Origin: Bacilli bacterium
GTDB taxonomy: Bacteria > Bacillota_I > Bacilli_A > RFN20 > CAG-826
Direction of reading: 5' to 3'
Assembly: GCA_045597865.1 (NCBI GenBank)
Contig: JAZLKX010000052.1
Location: 1 to 64,000, forward strand
Length of the DNA: 64,000 nt
This document shows positions 14,618-25,130 of this stretch, piece by piece; positions within the stretch are counted from its first letter, which is position 1, and every line of letters begins with the position of its first letter. Below the pieces are notes generated by a model, which saw only the letters and a list, made by a program, of their open reading frames with translations, made no database searches and had not been told where the DNA came from. A program made the translations under genes and the position numbers.

Positions 14618-15640
14618 ATGAACAAAGAATTGAGCAGCGAAGATCTTGACGAAATTTTCAATGCACTCCCTGTTAGCGTTGCTAAAGCAACTGCATACGA
14701 CCGTGCTGACATTGCCGAATGGGCAAACGCTAGATATAACACAGCTACGTATGTAAACGCGGGCTATGATCCGTTTAACGGCGCCATTTATAGTCGGTAT
14801 AGCACAAGTGATTCATGGACTCGTCCAAATCCATTACAGGGTACAGTAAGTGCACTTGCTGATGTATTGGCTGGCAAGACCGATGAAGAACAGGCAAGCA
14901 TTATGCAGGCATTGCTTTCTATGGCAAATGAACAGAATGCAAAGGTGGAAGAAGATCGCCGTCTACTTAATGAAAGAGCATTTAAGACATTGGCATTTAA
15001 CCTTGCTGATGAAAATTGGAATTTGTCAAAAATCAAAGAATACCTTACTAAGGAAGGATTTGATACAACTGACTTTGAATTGCCGTCAGATGAATATCAA
15101 GCAGATGTAAATGGCAACCCAATGCCTCGTGTTGCATACTTTATGTGGAAGACTGCTAAGGGAATTGGTCCGCTGCAAGTAAGAGCATGTGTTCAACGTA
15201 GCTGCGAAGGTGTAGTAAAGGCCACGATTGAATTTAAGCGTCTTCCTAAGTATGGCGATATGCAGGCACGAATCCGTGAAACATGGAGTGCTTGCATCAA
15301 TGTTAAGGAACGAAAGAAACTTGCTCAGCATACTAAGCATATCTTTGATTTGCCTGATTTGACATCCTGTAAGTGGGCAACATCATTAGATGAGCTAAAG
15401 GAAATTCTTGCACAAGTTGCTTTGCTTACAAAAACACTGCAGGTATTGAAGGAACAGTTTGAAGCGTCTTACTCTGTGATACGTGATGATCTGTCAACCA
15501 AATACCTCAAGATTGTGGCAGAAGAAGAAGCGATGAGTCAAACTATAGATGACTGGCAGGAAAAACAGATTAAGGCTTTTGCTAATAAGTTCACTTGTCT
15601 AACTGAAGGCATTCCAGTTGACTATATTGGAGACAGGTAA
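14618..15640 (+). CDS. hypothetical protein, paralogue array member
   Basis: 340 aa; NLSKIKEYLTKEGF; C-terminal coiled coil. Confidence 0.85.
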   Translation: MNKELSSEDLDEIFNALPVSVAKATAYDRADIAEWANARYNTATYVNAGYDPFNGAIYSRYSTSDSWTRPNPLQGTVSALADVLAGKTDEEQASIMQALLSMANEQNAKVEEDRRLLNERAFKTLAFNLADENWNLSKIKEYLTKEGFDTTDFELPSDEYQADVNGNPMPRVAYFMWKTAKGIGPLQVRACVQRSCEGVVKATIEFKRLPKYGDMQARIRETWSACINVKERKKLAQHTKHIFDLPDLTSCKWATSLDELKEILAQVALLTKTLQVLKEQFEASYSVIRDDLSTKYLKIVAEEEAMSQTIDDWQEKQIKAFANKFTCLTEGIPVDYIGDR

Positions 15641-15685
15641 TGGCTGATAAGATGACTGCAAAGTTTACTAATACATTAGAAATTC

Positions 15686-16282
15686 TTGGTGAATAAAATG
15701 ACTGCTCATGATATAGAATTGCTGTTTGAGGAATATCATATATCATTTGACCGTGATGAAAATGTTACGTATATGTCCGAACCAGAAGATGAATGGCAAA
15801 AAGAAGTTTGGTCAGTATACATTAAGAACATTCCGGTAATAGCTAATCAGACTACATGCATTTTTGATGATGAAGATGTTATATTTCAATTTGAGGTTAG
15901 GTATCGTCTTGGAACCGTTTCATCAAACTGTATGACTGTTGACAATATGATTTCATGGTACCCAAATATATCTGCGATTAGCGGATACATGCAAGCATTC
16001 AAAAATTATCTGCAAGGTGGAGACTTGGTTGCACCTTCTGTCACCGGCATTAATGAGTGGGCAATGTGTACTGCTCTTAGCATAGACAGCATTCGTGAAT
16101 GTATTAAGCGTCATGTTGACATACTGAAAAGCATAGATGATGTATTCTTTAAATCGGTTTTTGATAAAGCAAAGGAATGGCGAGCCGCACTTGATGCAGA
16201 AACAAATAAAAAAGTTTGCATTGAAATGATTGATAAGTTCTCTGAGATCATTCATAGAAAGATGTCAATTATGTTGGAGTAA
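15686..16282 (+). CDS. hypothetical protein, paralogue array member
   Basis: MTAHDIELLFEEYHI. Confidence 0.8.
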   Translation: MVNKMTAHDIELLFEEYHISFDRDENVTYMSEPEDEWQKEVWSVYIKNIPVIANQTTCIFDDEDVIFQFEVRYRLGTVSSNCMTVDNMISWYPNISAISGYMQAFKNYLQGGDLVAPSVTGINEWAMCTALSIDSIRECIKRHVDILKSIDDVFFKSVFDKAKEWRAALDAETNKKVCIEMIDKFSEIIHRKMSIMLE

Positions 16283-16284
16283 AT

Positions 16285-16857
16285 ATGATAGATATGATTA
16301 AGTATGATGACTTTGTAAAGGTTATTCGCCGTTGGGGTTTTGAGACATACTTATATCCTGACATGGGCAGCGTAGAAATTTGTTGGAATCAGTTTAAACC
16401 TATCAAGAATTCTAACTTAGCATCTCGTATGTATTGCCCGGTCATATCTTGCTATTGTATTACGGACAGCGTAAGTCGTATATTCATTCACATGCCGCAG
16501 ATCATTAAGAAAGATGGTTTTCGTAAGTATGTGTATACTTCGCTTGGACCTGAAATGAATAATGATCCTGTATGCACAGGACGCTGGCTTGACAGCTGGG
16601 ATGAAGAAATTGAAACCATTGAGCAACTTGATAAACGTTTAAAAGAAGCTATCTTTTTAGTTAAGTGGAGCATTGATTTTCAAAACAGCGACGTGCTTGA
16701 TAAAGCACGAACTGAATTAAGATCCCTGTCAAAAGAAGATGAAGCAGAAATGTTTGAACGCAAATTCACTAAGATTGAAAACGCATTCAGAATTTTACTT
16801 GATGATACACGCATAACTTTCTCGGACGAAAATGTATGGACACTTCAGAAATTATAG
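16285..16857 (+). CDS. hypothetical protein, paralogue array member
   Basis: IKYDDFVKVIRRWGF. Confidence 0.8.
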   Translation: MIDMIKYDDFVKVIRRWGFETYLYPDMGSVEICWNQFKPIKNSNLASRMYCPVISCYCITDSVSRIFIHMPQIIKKDGFRKYVYTSLGPEMNNDPVCTGRWLDSWDEEIETIEQLDKRLKEAIFLVKWSIDFQNSDVLDKARTELRSLSKEDEAEMFERKFTKIENAFRILLDDTRITFSDENVWTLQKL

Positions 16858-17435
16858 CTGTTCTTCGCGAGTTTGGCATTCATAAATGCGCTCGCTCAAT
16901 AACATCTAAAAAGCCATCAACGACAGATGAAGTTGAAAAAGAAATAGCTTGGGTTATCTTTTCTGGTGACATTCCTGCAATGGTTAACTCAAACGAAACT
17001 ATTCTCACAAAGATGCCAATTTTATGGTTCAAAACGGTAAATGATTTAACAGCAACATTTGACCGGGAAATTCGTGTACCGTACATGACACCGCAATATG
17101 TTAAAACATATTTCAAAAGTTTCTTAATTGATTATATGACTTGTGCCCGTTGTGTACCGTTTGGATTTTCAAATAAAGATTTTGAATTTTGGACACACTG
17201 TTCATTTCATACGCAAGATTCCCTGCGTAAGCAGATGCAGCATGTTACTGATTTTTATACACAGCAAGGCGAACTGTTTCGTAACCCAAAAGTAACCACA
17301 TTACGCGACAAGTGGCTGTTGTGCGACGGTTCATATAGTGAAAGCCAAATGTTACGTGCAGAAATAGAAAAACTTGCATCAGTCTTTACTCAGAAACAAC
17401 TGATTTTAATGGAGGGAGATACATGTATAATGTAA
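16836..17435 (+). CDS. hypothetical protein, paralogue array member
   Basis: MDTSEIIAVLREFGI. Confidence 0.8.
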   Translation: MDTSEIIAVLREFGIHKCARSITSKKPSTTDEVEKEIAWVIFSGDIPAMVNSNETILTKMPILWFKTVNDLTATFDREIRVPYMTPQYVKTYFKSFLIDYMTCARCVPFGFSNKDFEFWTHCSFHTQDSLRKQMQHVTDFYTQQGELFRNPKVTTLRDKWLLCDGSYSESQMLRAEIEKLASVFTQKQLILMEGDTCIM

Positions 17436-18136
17436 TCACGCTTGACGAAGTTCAACAGCTCTTGAATGAAAAAGGTTTTAAGTACTGCATTAAAAAATAC
17501 AGTCATTGTTGGGAATATGATGAGATTAAAACATTGATTGTACGATTCAGCGATTTGCCTATTGATGAAAAACTAAAAAGCAATAAGAAATACGCTGAAC
17601 CTGTTTTAAAGCTGAACTTTACGCCGGTTTTATCATATATAAACACCATGTATATAACTTGTCAATCACGGGAAGATGTTCTGCGAGAAATCATAGAAGC
17701 CAATCCTGGAGTAACAAAAGATTCATGCGTTTGGCATTCAGGATACGTTTATGACAGACCGGTATTAGCAGATGATGCATTCATTGAGTCCATTTTAAAA
17801 ACAAAACGAAAGACGCCATTTGGTGCCGGTGGGCTTGATTTGGACTTAGGTAATAGTTTGCCGTGTGAAAAAGAATGTACATTTGGAGACCGACAAAAAC
17901 TGCTTTGGTTTACTACTTTCAATAAACGCATAGAAACGATACTTAAAGTTGTGACCGAACGAAATACTTTGATGAAAGATGAAAAAATTCTTTCATACGC
18001 CGATAAAGTTCGTGAATTACGAGATATTGCTAAAGCAGCTAAGAAAGATGCAGATGATGCAAAGCAAAAGTTCATTAATGTTATCAAACAGCGACAGGCT
18101 ATACTTAATGATGAACTAAAGATAAAAATCGCTTAA
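17423..18136 (+). CDS. hypothetical protein, paralogue array member
   Basis: ITLDEVQQLLNEKGF; C-terminal coiled coil. Confidence 0.8.
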   Translation: MYNVITLDEVQQLLNEKGFKYCIKKYSHCWEYDEIKTLIVRFSDLPIDEKLKSNKKYAEPVLKLNFTPVLSYINTMYITCQSREDVLREIIEANPGVTKDSCVWHSGYVYDRPVLADDAFIESILKTKRKTPFGAGGLDLDLGNSLPCEKECTFGDRQKLLWFTTFNKRIETILKVVTERNTLMKDEKILSYADKVRELRDIAKAAKKDADDAKQKFINVIKQRQAILNDELKIKIA

Positions 18137-18206
18137 ACCAAATAGTGCATAAAACTTTATTATATTTTGAAAGGTCATAAATAATTCACAAAACAAAAGA
18201 GGTGTT

Positions 18207-19535
18207 ATGAATATCGCGATTGGTAAGTTTGGCCGAAGCATGTTCTTTGATGAAAGCTCATGGTCAATTTATGCGGGTGATGATAGCCCGAAGATTGTGT
18301 ATCTAGAACTCGCAAGAAAACATCCTGATGATACATTTTATATTTTAGGCGCTTCTGACTTTACAAAGTGGAAAGAAAAGAACAGTGGATTTTTTGCTGA
18401 AGAAGAAGTACCTGAAAACATTGTTGATGTTTGGAACAGCGCTAAGGCTGAAATTGGTACAAAGTACAACTTCGGTAAGAAAGGTTACACCGAAGAAATG
18501 ATGTACAAGATTGAAGGCAAAGAACCATGGCGCATGCTTGACGAATATGTTGAAACACATGACTTGCATTTTGACATGGGTATCTTCATGCAGGGTCCTG
18601 ATGCTCGTGTTTCTGTTATGGGTGAACATATTCCTTGTAAGAACAAGAAGGGTTCATTCTCACAGTGCTTGATGATGGCTGCATTGTATAATGGTCCAAT
18701 GCGTCACCTAATCAATAAGTTGAAGTTCCCTTGGTACAATATCATTGAAGATCCTCGTTATGTACCTATTCAGGATGTAGATGTTATCTGTCACGAAGAA
18801 TTCAATTTGTCTCAATGTAATGAAACATATCAGATTTCTTCATTGGATTCTTACACACAGGACCCAGCAACATATACAAAGAAACCTTTCAAGCTTTTGT
18901 ATTACAAGACAGAAAGATGGTTCTTGAGAAACTTGAAGAAGGTTGATTTTACCGATCCTGACAACATTAAAGTTGGTAAGCATGTATATCAAAAGAAGAC
19001 ACCGTTTATCCTAACACTTAACGGCGGCTATGACCGTTTGGAATTTTTGGAGAAATGGGTTTTGAATAAGTTGCCTGCTTGTAAAGTTTATGGTAAGTGG
19101 GATGAAGCTGCTCAGGAAAAGTATCCCGAAACATTCATCAAGAAAGGTATTGTTGAAATTCAGGATAAGATGTGGGAAGCGAAATTCACTTATGTGCCTT
19201 CATTCATGAAGAGCCGTAAAAACTTCGTAACTCAAAAGGTTTGGAAAATGATGTATTACGGCATCATTCCATTCTGGGACAAGAACACTTATGATGTGGA
19301 TAACTTGTTCAGTGAGTTGCCAGATTTCTTTAAGGTTGAAACACCTGAGGAAATGTGGACAAGAATTCGTTTCCTTTTGGAAAATCCGGATGAGTACAGA
19401 AAGTACTTGAAGATTATGTATGATCTTTTGGAGGATAAATACTTTAATGGGGATTTCATTGACGAAGTCTTCAATCCTTTAATTGAGAAGCATCGCCCGG
19501 AAAATGACAGACCTACAAGCGGAAAAACAAATTGA
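18207..19535 (+). CDS. GT-B glycosyltransferase resembling T4 DNA beta-glucosyltransferase
   Basis: N-terminal MNIAIGKFG and C-terminal FVTQKVWKMMYYGIIPFWD...FKVETPEEMWTRIRFL resemble, from memory, T4 BGT MKIAIINMG and FITLRVWETMAS...YVNNRAELIDRVNEL. Confidence 0.7.
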   Translation: MNIAIGKFGRSMFFDESSWSIYAGDDSPKIVYLELARKHPDDTFYILGASDFTKWKEKNSGFFAEEEVPENIVDVWNSAKAEIGTKYNFGKKGYTEEMMYKIEGKEPWRMLDEYVETHDLHFDMGIFMQGPDARVSVMGEHIPCKNKKGSFSQCLMMAALYNGPMRHLINKLKFPWYNIIEDPRYVPIQDVDVICHEEFNLSQCNETYQISSLDSYTQDPATYTKKPFKLLYYKTERWFLRNLKKVDFTDPDNIKVGKHVYQKKTPFILTLNGGYDRLEFLEKWVLNKLPACKVYGKWDEAAQEKYPETFIKKGIVEIQDKMWEAKFTYVPSFMKSRKNFVTQKVWKMMYYGIIPFWDKNTYDVDNLFSELPDFFKVETPEEMWTRIRFLLENPDEYRKYLKIMYDLLEDKYFNGDFIDEVFNPLIEKHRPENDRPTSGKTN

Positions 19536-19896
19536 TGAATTAAAGAAACTATTAGACGATAACTTTGTCTATTCTTCCGTGGAATCATTTCCAGACCCAA
19601 TGGGATACTTTAACCATTGGGTCCTTTTTGTGTATTCAGCCGAAGATCACAGGGACACTTTAGGAAAAGTTGAAACTTTAATTCATCCTCAAACCGGGGT
19701 TCTAGAGCTTTTTTGGAGTATTAAATGGTATTCATTGCTGAACCCCGTACAGGGTGTCTACGAGCCTTTATATGAATACGATTGCGGTTACAGTGACTCT
19801 TTGGGGGTGTTTATTGAAATTGTAAAAAATAAACTGTATAAATTGGAATCTCAGAAGCGTGTAGACATTCGGAAAAAGAAAATCGCTGAGGAATAG
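19483..19896 (+). CDS. hypothetical protein (start probably ATG 19504)
   Basis: ORF ending just before a terminator. Confidence 0.7.
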   Translation: MRSIARKMTDLQAEKQIDELKKLLDDNFVYSSVESFPDPMGYFNHWVLFVYSAEDHRDTLGKVETLIHPQTGVLELFWSIKWYSLLNPVQGVYEPLYEYDCGYSDSLGVFIEIVKNKLYKLESQKRVDIRKKKIAEE

Positions 19897-19923
19897 GACG
19901 GAGCTTAGGCTCCGTCCTGTTTT
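19896..19923 (+). terminator. intrinsic terminator
   Basis: GGACGGAGC-TTAG-GCTCCGTCC-TGTTTT. Confidence 0.85.
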
Positions 19924-19925
19924 AG

Positions 19926-19933
19926 TATAAATA
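19926..19933 (+). promoter_or_regulatory. T4-type late promoter
   Basis: TATAAATA heading the tail-fibre cluster. Confidence 0.8.
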
Positions 19934-19972
19934 ATAAAAATAGAAACATTAAGACAGTTAAGAGGTTTTTGC

Positions 19973-20950
19973 ATGCTAGTCAGCGGTGGAAAAGTTTTAG
20001 CGATAGACAAGGTCAAACACGATGGTAAGACCTTGACAGGCGACGGCTGTTTTGTGCCGTTGGGCGTTGTTGGATTTTTAACTGAAAAAGATGCGGATAA
20101 TCTGTATCAGCATATCGGTAATTACGTTGATGCTGCAGCATTGAACAATTACTATACCAAAACAGCAGCGGATACGCGGTTTGCACAAATCAGCAACGTA
20201 TACACAAAAACAGAAACGAATTCGTTACTTGACGGTTTGACAGCGAAGTTTGATGAAAAAGGTTCTGCTGATGCCGTTAAGACATGGGTGACCAATGAAT
20301 ACATAGATAAGTATGTATTATCATCAACATACTATACTAAAGAAGCAGCAGAGACAGATAAGCAAGCCATTTACGGTTCTATTAACAACCTAAATACTAA
20401 CCTAACAGTTCGTGTTATTGCTGCTGAAGATAGCATTCGTGAAATCTATAATGCTGGCTATGTAAATGTTTCAGGTTTGAAAAATTATGAACCTGATAAG
20501 CAATATGCAATTTATTGGAAAGGCCAGGGCAACGGCTGGGATTGGCAGGAAGTAACCGGCGGCGGAGGTGGCGGCGGTGATACTGTTACTGCGGAAAATG
20601 GTCTGTACGCTGATTATCGTCTTGGAAAACGATGGATTGGTATAGATGAGCCTTTCAAATCATTCCTAGACTATGCAGTAAACAGTTATGAAACATGGGA
20701 TACTGTTACTGGGAAACAGGATAGCTTAACAAATGAACAGCTGTCAGCAATAAGTTCAGTAAGTTCTTTAGCAGACCAGCTAGATGAAGCACTGCCGATC
20801 ACGGGCGGGCAAAACATTGATGTTGCTAATAAGAATGGAATGGTAACAATTTCATACACAGGTAAATCCGTTGAACTGATTGATGCAGCAGAAAAACCAA
20901 CAACAGGTGCTGCGAATACCATCTACATGGTTCTTGAAGAAATAGGATAA
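19973..20950 (+). CDS. putative tail fibre/appendage protein
   Basis: HDGKTLTGDG motif, YYTKT repeats, poly-Gly hinge, C-terminal PTTGAANTIYMV. Confidence 0.7.
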   Translation: MLVSGGKVLAIDKVKHDGKTLTGDGCFVPLGVVGFLTEKDADNLYQHIGNYVDAAALNNYYTKTAADTRFAQISNVYTKTETNSLLDGLTAKFDEKGSADAVKTWVTNEYIDKYVLSSTYYTKEAAETDKQAIYGSINNLNTNLTVRVIAAEDSIREIYNAGYVNVSGLKNYEPDKQYAIYWKGQGNGWDWQEVTGGGGGGGDTVTAENGLYADYRLGKRWIGIDEPFKSFLDYAVNSYETWDTVTGKQDSLTNEQLSAISSVSSLADQLDEALPITGGQNIDVANKNGMVTISYTGKSVELIDAAEKPTTGAANTIYMVLEEIG

Positions 20951-20969
20951 ATACTGTAAAGGAATTTAT

Positions 20970-23213
20970 ATGGCTAAAGTTTTTACAGAAGTTTTTAGCG
21001 GAAGCAACGCATATCCTATTTGGGATAAACAAGCTCATACCGACATTAATGATCTTTCAGCTAACTTTACAGCGCATAGTGCTAATGCTGATATGCATAC
21101 TACGGCTGAAGAAAAAACAGCATGGAATGCAAAGCTTGATGCAACAGCATTAAATGATTACTATAAAAAGAATGAAACCTCAGGTGCTGAACAAATCTCA
21201 GGTGCATTAGATGCACTCGACCAGCAGTTCAAAACATACATAGATACAGTAGCTGAAGCAATAGAAGCAGGTTCTGCAGCTGGTGATTGGGTTAATGCAA
21301 ATGGCTATACTGTACTTCAGGCAGTCACAGATGTAGGAACTGTTTCTGGTGATTTGATTTCATTGTCATCAACTGTTACGGCTCATACCGAGAATGAAGA
21401 TGTCCATGTTACTGCCGGTGATAAAAGCCGTTGGGATAGTTATGAAGGCGCCATCACGGTTTTATCAGGTGCCATTGATGGTCTTTACACAGATGTTTCA
21501 GATGTACAAGATCGCTTAACGAATGTTGAAAATGATCTTGGAAGTTTACAGACAGATGTGTCTGATTTACAGACAGATATTTCAACACTTAATGATCGCG
21601 TAGACACTGTTGAAACTGATCTTGGTAAAAAGGCTGACCAATCTTCACTTGAAAGCTATGTTCTTAATACAGATTTTGATGATTATAAAACATCAGTCGC
21701 AGGCGACATTGCTAAAGGCGTTGCTGCTTCTGCTTGGATTGACAACTTTACGCCTACTTCGCCATTATCTGCTGGTGATTATATTGACATCACAAATGAT
21801 GTCGTGTCAGTAACTGGACTAGATACGATTATTCACGGCGAAAATAACGTAAGTGCAGTATGGAATGATGAAACATCAGCATGGGATGTTGGCCTTGAGA
21901 AAGAAGAAATTGCTTACGCTCGTTTCACAACGAATTCAGTTGCAGCAGCAGATGAAGCAGCAGATGTTACTGTCACTGGTCTTAAGACGGCAGAACTTTA
22001 TGGCGATAAGATTACATCAAATACAGATTCCATTACCTTACAGCCAGGTCTTTACCACGCCGATGTAAAGTTAATGCTTCGAGTGACTACGCCTTCACCT
22101 AAGTGTGAAGCGGTTAAACTTGCTGCAGGTTTCTCACCCGCAAGATCTACTGAAATTGATCTTGACTGTTCATATGTGCATAATGAATCTGTTTGTCTAT
22201 CATTTGATGCAATGGTTAGCGAAGAAGCAGATGTTGACTTAAGCATTGAAAATCTTCCAGCTGGTGTTGGATATACGCTAAGCTATTTTAACATTCATGA
22301 GATTGTGAATGTTGCTGGACTATTGACAAGTTCACAAACGGATATTGTTGCTGGCGATGGTTTAAGTAAAGACGGAAATGAACTTGCAGCTAAGCTAGGT
22401 GGTGGCCTTAAGTTTGATGACAATAAAAACATTACTATTGCGGTTGGTAATGGTTTAAAGATTTCACAATCTGAATTGTCAACCGATCTTGAACTTGTGC
22501 TTGATGATATTGCCGAAGAAACTGTTCGGGAAGTACAAGAAATGGCCAATGACCTTGATGAAAAAGTTACTACGACATATGATTACGCTGGCATTACAAC
22601 TTATTCTGATATGTCACAGTACGGAGCAACTACTGGAAATGGCGTTTTAATTAGATATCTTTTCTCGGTGCCAATTAAGAACGTTGTTTACATTCGTGGC
22701 ATGAATGCTGAAGATGCAGGCAAAGTAACAGTTGTTGGCGTTTATGCATCACAATCATATACACAAAAGCCAATTATGTTTGGCATCTATGAATATAACC
22801 CTGAATACAAGCATGACGATGGCACATTAGGAAAAACCGTCGCATTGTGTGATACAGGCCCAGTTACTCTTAAGGCTGGATTTAATGAATTTGAGATGGT
22901 TCACTTTAACAAGTATGGTGAAACTACGCCAAATCTTAAATCTAGCTGTATTTACTACGCGGCAATTTATGTTTCAAAGAACGCAGGTACAGGTATTGAA
23001 TTAGCTACTTGCCCAGGTTATGATGTAAGATTCAACGCCAATCCACAGCTTACATGTGACCAATCAAATGTAAACTTTGATTTATCAACAGATGCAGATA
23101 AAGATAAACATCTTGATGATATGGGTTGGGGCGACGTCGACGCAGCATATCATGAACTACCGCAGTGTCCACGTGTATTCATGCAGTTTAGAAACAAGAA
23201 AATTGTTGAGTAA
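20970..23213 (+). CDS. putative tail fibre protein
   Basis: H..N.D.H.T..EK..W repeats, heptad coiled coil, AGDGLSKDGN beta-repeats. Confidence 0.75.
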   Translation: MAKVFTEVFSGSNAYPIWDKQAHTDINDLSANFTAHSANADMHTTAEEKTAWNAKLDATALNDYYKKNETSGAEQISGALDALDQQFKTYIDTVAEAIEAGSAAGDWVNANGYTVLQAVTDVGTVSGDLISLSSTVTAHTENEDVHVTAGDKSRWDSYEGAITVLSGAIDGLYTDVSDVQDRLTNVENDLGSLQTDVSDLQTDISTLNDRVDTVETDLGKKADQSSLESYVLNTDFDDYKTSVAGDIAKGVAASAWIDNFTPTSPLSAGDYIDITNDVVSVTGLDTIIHGENNVSAVWNDETSAWDVGLEKEEIAYARFTTNSVAAADEAADVTVTGLKTAELYGDKITSNTDSITLQPGLYHADVKLMLRVTTPSPKCEAVKLAAGFSPARSTEIDLDCSYVHNESVCLSFDAMVSEEADVDLSIENLPAGVGYTLSYFNIHEIVNVAGLLTSSQTDIVAGDGLSKDGNELAAKLGGGLKFDDNKNITIAVGNGLKISQSELSTDLELVLDDIAEETVREVQEMANDLDEKVTTTYDYAGITTYSDMSQYGATTGNGVLIRYLFSVPIKNVVYIRGMNAEDAGKVTVVGVYASQSYTQKPIMFGIYEYNPEYKHDDGTLGKTVALCDTGPVTLKAGFNEFEMVHFNKYGETTPNLKSSCIYYAAIYVSKNAGTGIELATCPGYDVRFNANPQLTCDQSNVNFDLSTDADKDKHLDDMGWGDVDAAYHELPQCPRVFMQFRNKKIVE

Positions 23214-23223
23214 GAGGTAAAGA

Positions 23224-23544
23224 ATGCTAAGTACATATAACCGTAAGAAACTAAAAGCTCTTCAGACGCCTGACGAATTGAAGGTTTACTATAATTCATT
23301 TGAAAAGACCGGCTTAGAATGGAATCAGTATATCGGCCGAGTTATTATCAACGATTTCATTAAGCAGTTAGACGATAAAGAAGGTACTGATTTTGCTGCT
23401 TACATGCCAGTACTTACATACATTGAGTATGGTTTGTTTCAGTCAGCAATTCGTGTAATTGCTGACATAAAAATTCCTGGAATGGACTCAGCTAAAGAAT
23501 GGCTGTTAAAGGCTCTTGCTGAAGGAGAAGACCGTTATGAATAA
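23224..23544 (+). CDS. putative tail-fibre assembly chaperone
   Basis: Small helical protein after a fibre gene; resembles the C-terminal half of 26832-27500. Confidence 0.55.
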   Translation: MLSTYNRKKLKALQTPDELKVYYNSFEKTGLEWNQYIGRVIINDFIKQLDDKEGTDFAAYMPVLTYIEYGLFQSAIRVIADIKIPGMDSAKEWLLKALAEGEDRYE

Positions 23545-25120
23545 GTTTTTAACAAACCTCGGACAAGAGTTTACTGAAACAGAAAAAACCATTATTAAAA
23601 ACAAAATAGAAAGCATCTTAGGAACCGACCAAGTCAAAATGGCTTGGATTCCAACCATCAGCAATGATGGCACAATTTCGTGGCAGTTAGCAGCATACTC
23701 TTCGCAAGCACCAAACCCAACAAATATCAGAGGTCCGCAGGGCGAAAAAGGTGAAAATGGTACAGACGGCGAACCGGGTACATCTGTTACGATTGCGAAT
23801 ATTGAAGAAGAAGGCCGAACACACGTTGTTAAATTCTCAGACGGTAAATCAATTACAATCACTGACGGTGTAGATGGTGCCGGTGTTGCTATCAAGGGCA
23901 CGGTTGCTACTAAAGCAAACTTACCGACTGATGCTGAAAACGGCGATGCGTATATCGTTACTAGTGAAGATGGAAAATTATTCGTGTATGCTGATGGCTG
24001 GCCTGATGACGGTGTTGCTTTTACCGGCCCAAAAGGCGAACGCGGCGAAACGCCTTCATTCAGTTTTATTGATGGCGAAACAGGTATTGAAATTCACGTC
24101 AACGATAGCGAAGAACCAGTAGCAGTAATTCCGTACGCAACAGATGGTCGTTCGCCTAGCATTACAACTTCTGCTACAAGTACAGGTAATGTTTTGTATG
24201 TAGACGGCGAGCCGATGTGCACAATACTGAACGGAACGAATGGCACGAATGGAACGAACGGATACACGCCGTCTTTGACTTCACAGACAGTCACATCAAC
24301 AGATGATACAAATAAGACAGGTACTGAACTTACATTCACATACCCAGAATCATGGCAGACGGATGTTGTATTTACAGCATGGAATGGAACCGATGGTAAA
24401 GACTGGGAAGGAACAACTGGGCGTCTGCTTCAAGGCGATTTCATTAAGCTAACACCTACAGGTGATGATCTTGAGATTTCAGTTACTGGTGATTTTGTAA
24501 CATCAAGTACGATTGTTGGAACTGACCAGTATGCTTTAACTACTGCAGGCTGGGCAAAAGTACAAGGCGGCGAAGGCCGTACATATCTGTTTGACTCTGA
24601 TACGTTGTCAGGCGATGGCACTGAAGGCAATGAAATTGGCGTTGATACAAGCGTGTTGGCTGGTATGTATTTGCCTCTATCTGGTACTAGTGAAGGTAAA
24701 ACTGTTTCAGGCACTGTTGTATTTGAAAATTGTCATCTTACGATTACAAACACAGGTAATGCAGCAACTTATGATGCAGCAGCAACTGCTACGAATGGTA
24801 CAGACGTATTCCCGTTTGCTATGGGTGCATGGATAAAGCGTCATGAGATTGGTAATGATAATGGCAACATGGCTGCTTTAGGTGTGGTTCGTGCCGATTT
24901 AATTGAAGATATCTTTAAAGCATCTCAGGATCCAAATAACTGCATAAACTATACATCAAAGACTCCTGTTTGTATGTTGCAAGTTGGTGGCGATACGAAC
25001 CCATGGGGTGGTTGGGCTACACGTCTAATGTTTGCACAACAGGTTCATAGCGGTACGATTACTGATGACACGATAGGCGGTTGGTCTGGTGATAATACGC
25101 TTCATTTCATTCTTGAATAA
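23537..25120 (+). CDS. collagen-like tail fibre protein
   Basis: GPQGEKGENGTDGEPG, GPKGERGE, (NGT)n; IKGTVATKANLPTDAENGDAY motif; GGAG SD before ATG 23537. Confidence 0.8.
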   Translation: MNKFLTNLGQEFTETEKTIIKNKIESILGTDQVKMAWIPTISNDGTISWQLAAYSSQAPNPTNIRGPQGEKGENGTDGEPGTSVTIANIEEEGRTHVVKFSDGKSITITDGVDGAGVAIKGTVATKANLPTDAENGDAYIVTSEDGKLFVYADGWPDDGVAFTGPKGERGETPSFSFIDGETGIEIHVNDSEEPVAVIPYATDGRSPSITTSATSTGNVLYVDGEPMCTILNGTNGTNGTNGYTPSLTSQTVTSTDDTNKTGTELTFTYPESWQTDVVFTAWNGTDGKDWEGTTGRLLQGDFIKLTPTGDDLEISVTGDFVTSSTIVGTDQYALTTAGWAKVQGGEGRTYLFDSDTLSGDGTEGNEIGVDTSVLAGMYLPLSGTSEGKTVSGTVVFENCHLTITNTGNAATYDAAATATNGTDVFPFAMGAWIKRHEIGNDNGNMAALGVVRADLIEDIFKASQDPNNCINYTSKTPVCMLQVGGDTNPWGGWATRLMFAQQVHSGTITDDTIGGWSGDNTLHFILE

Positions 25121-25130
25121 ATAAGTTGAT

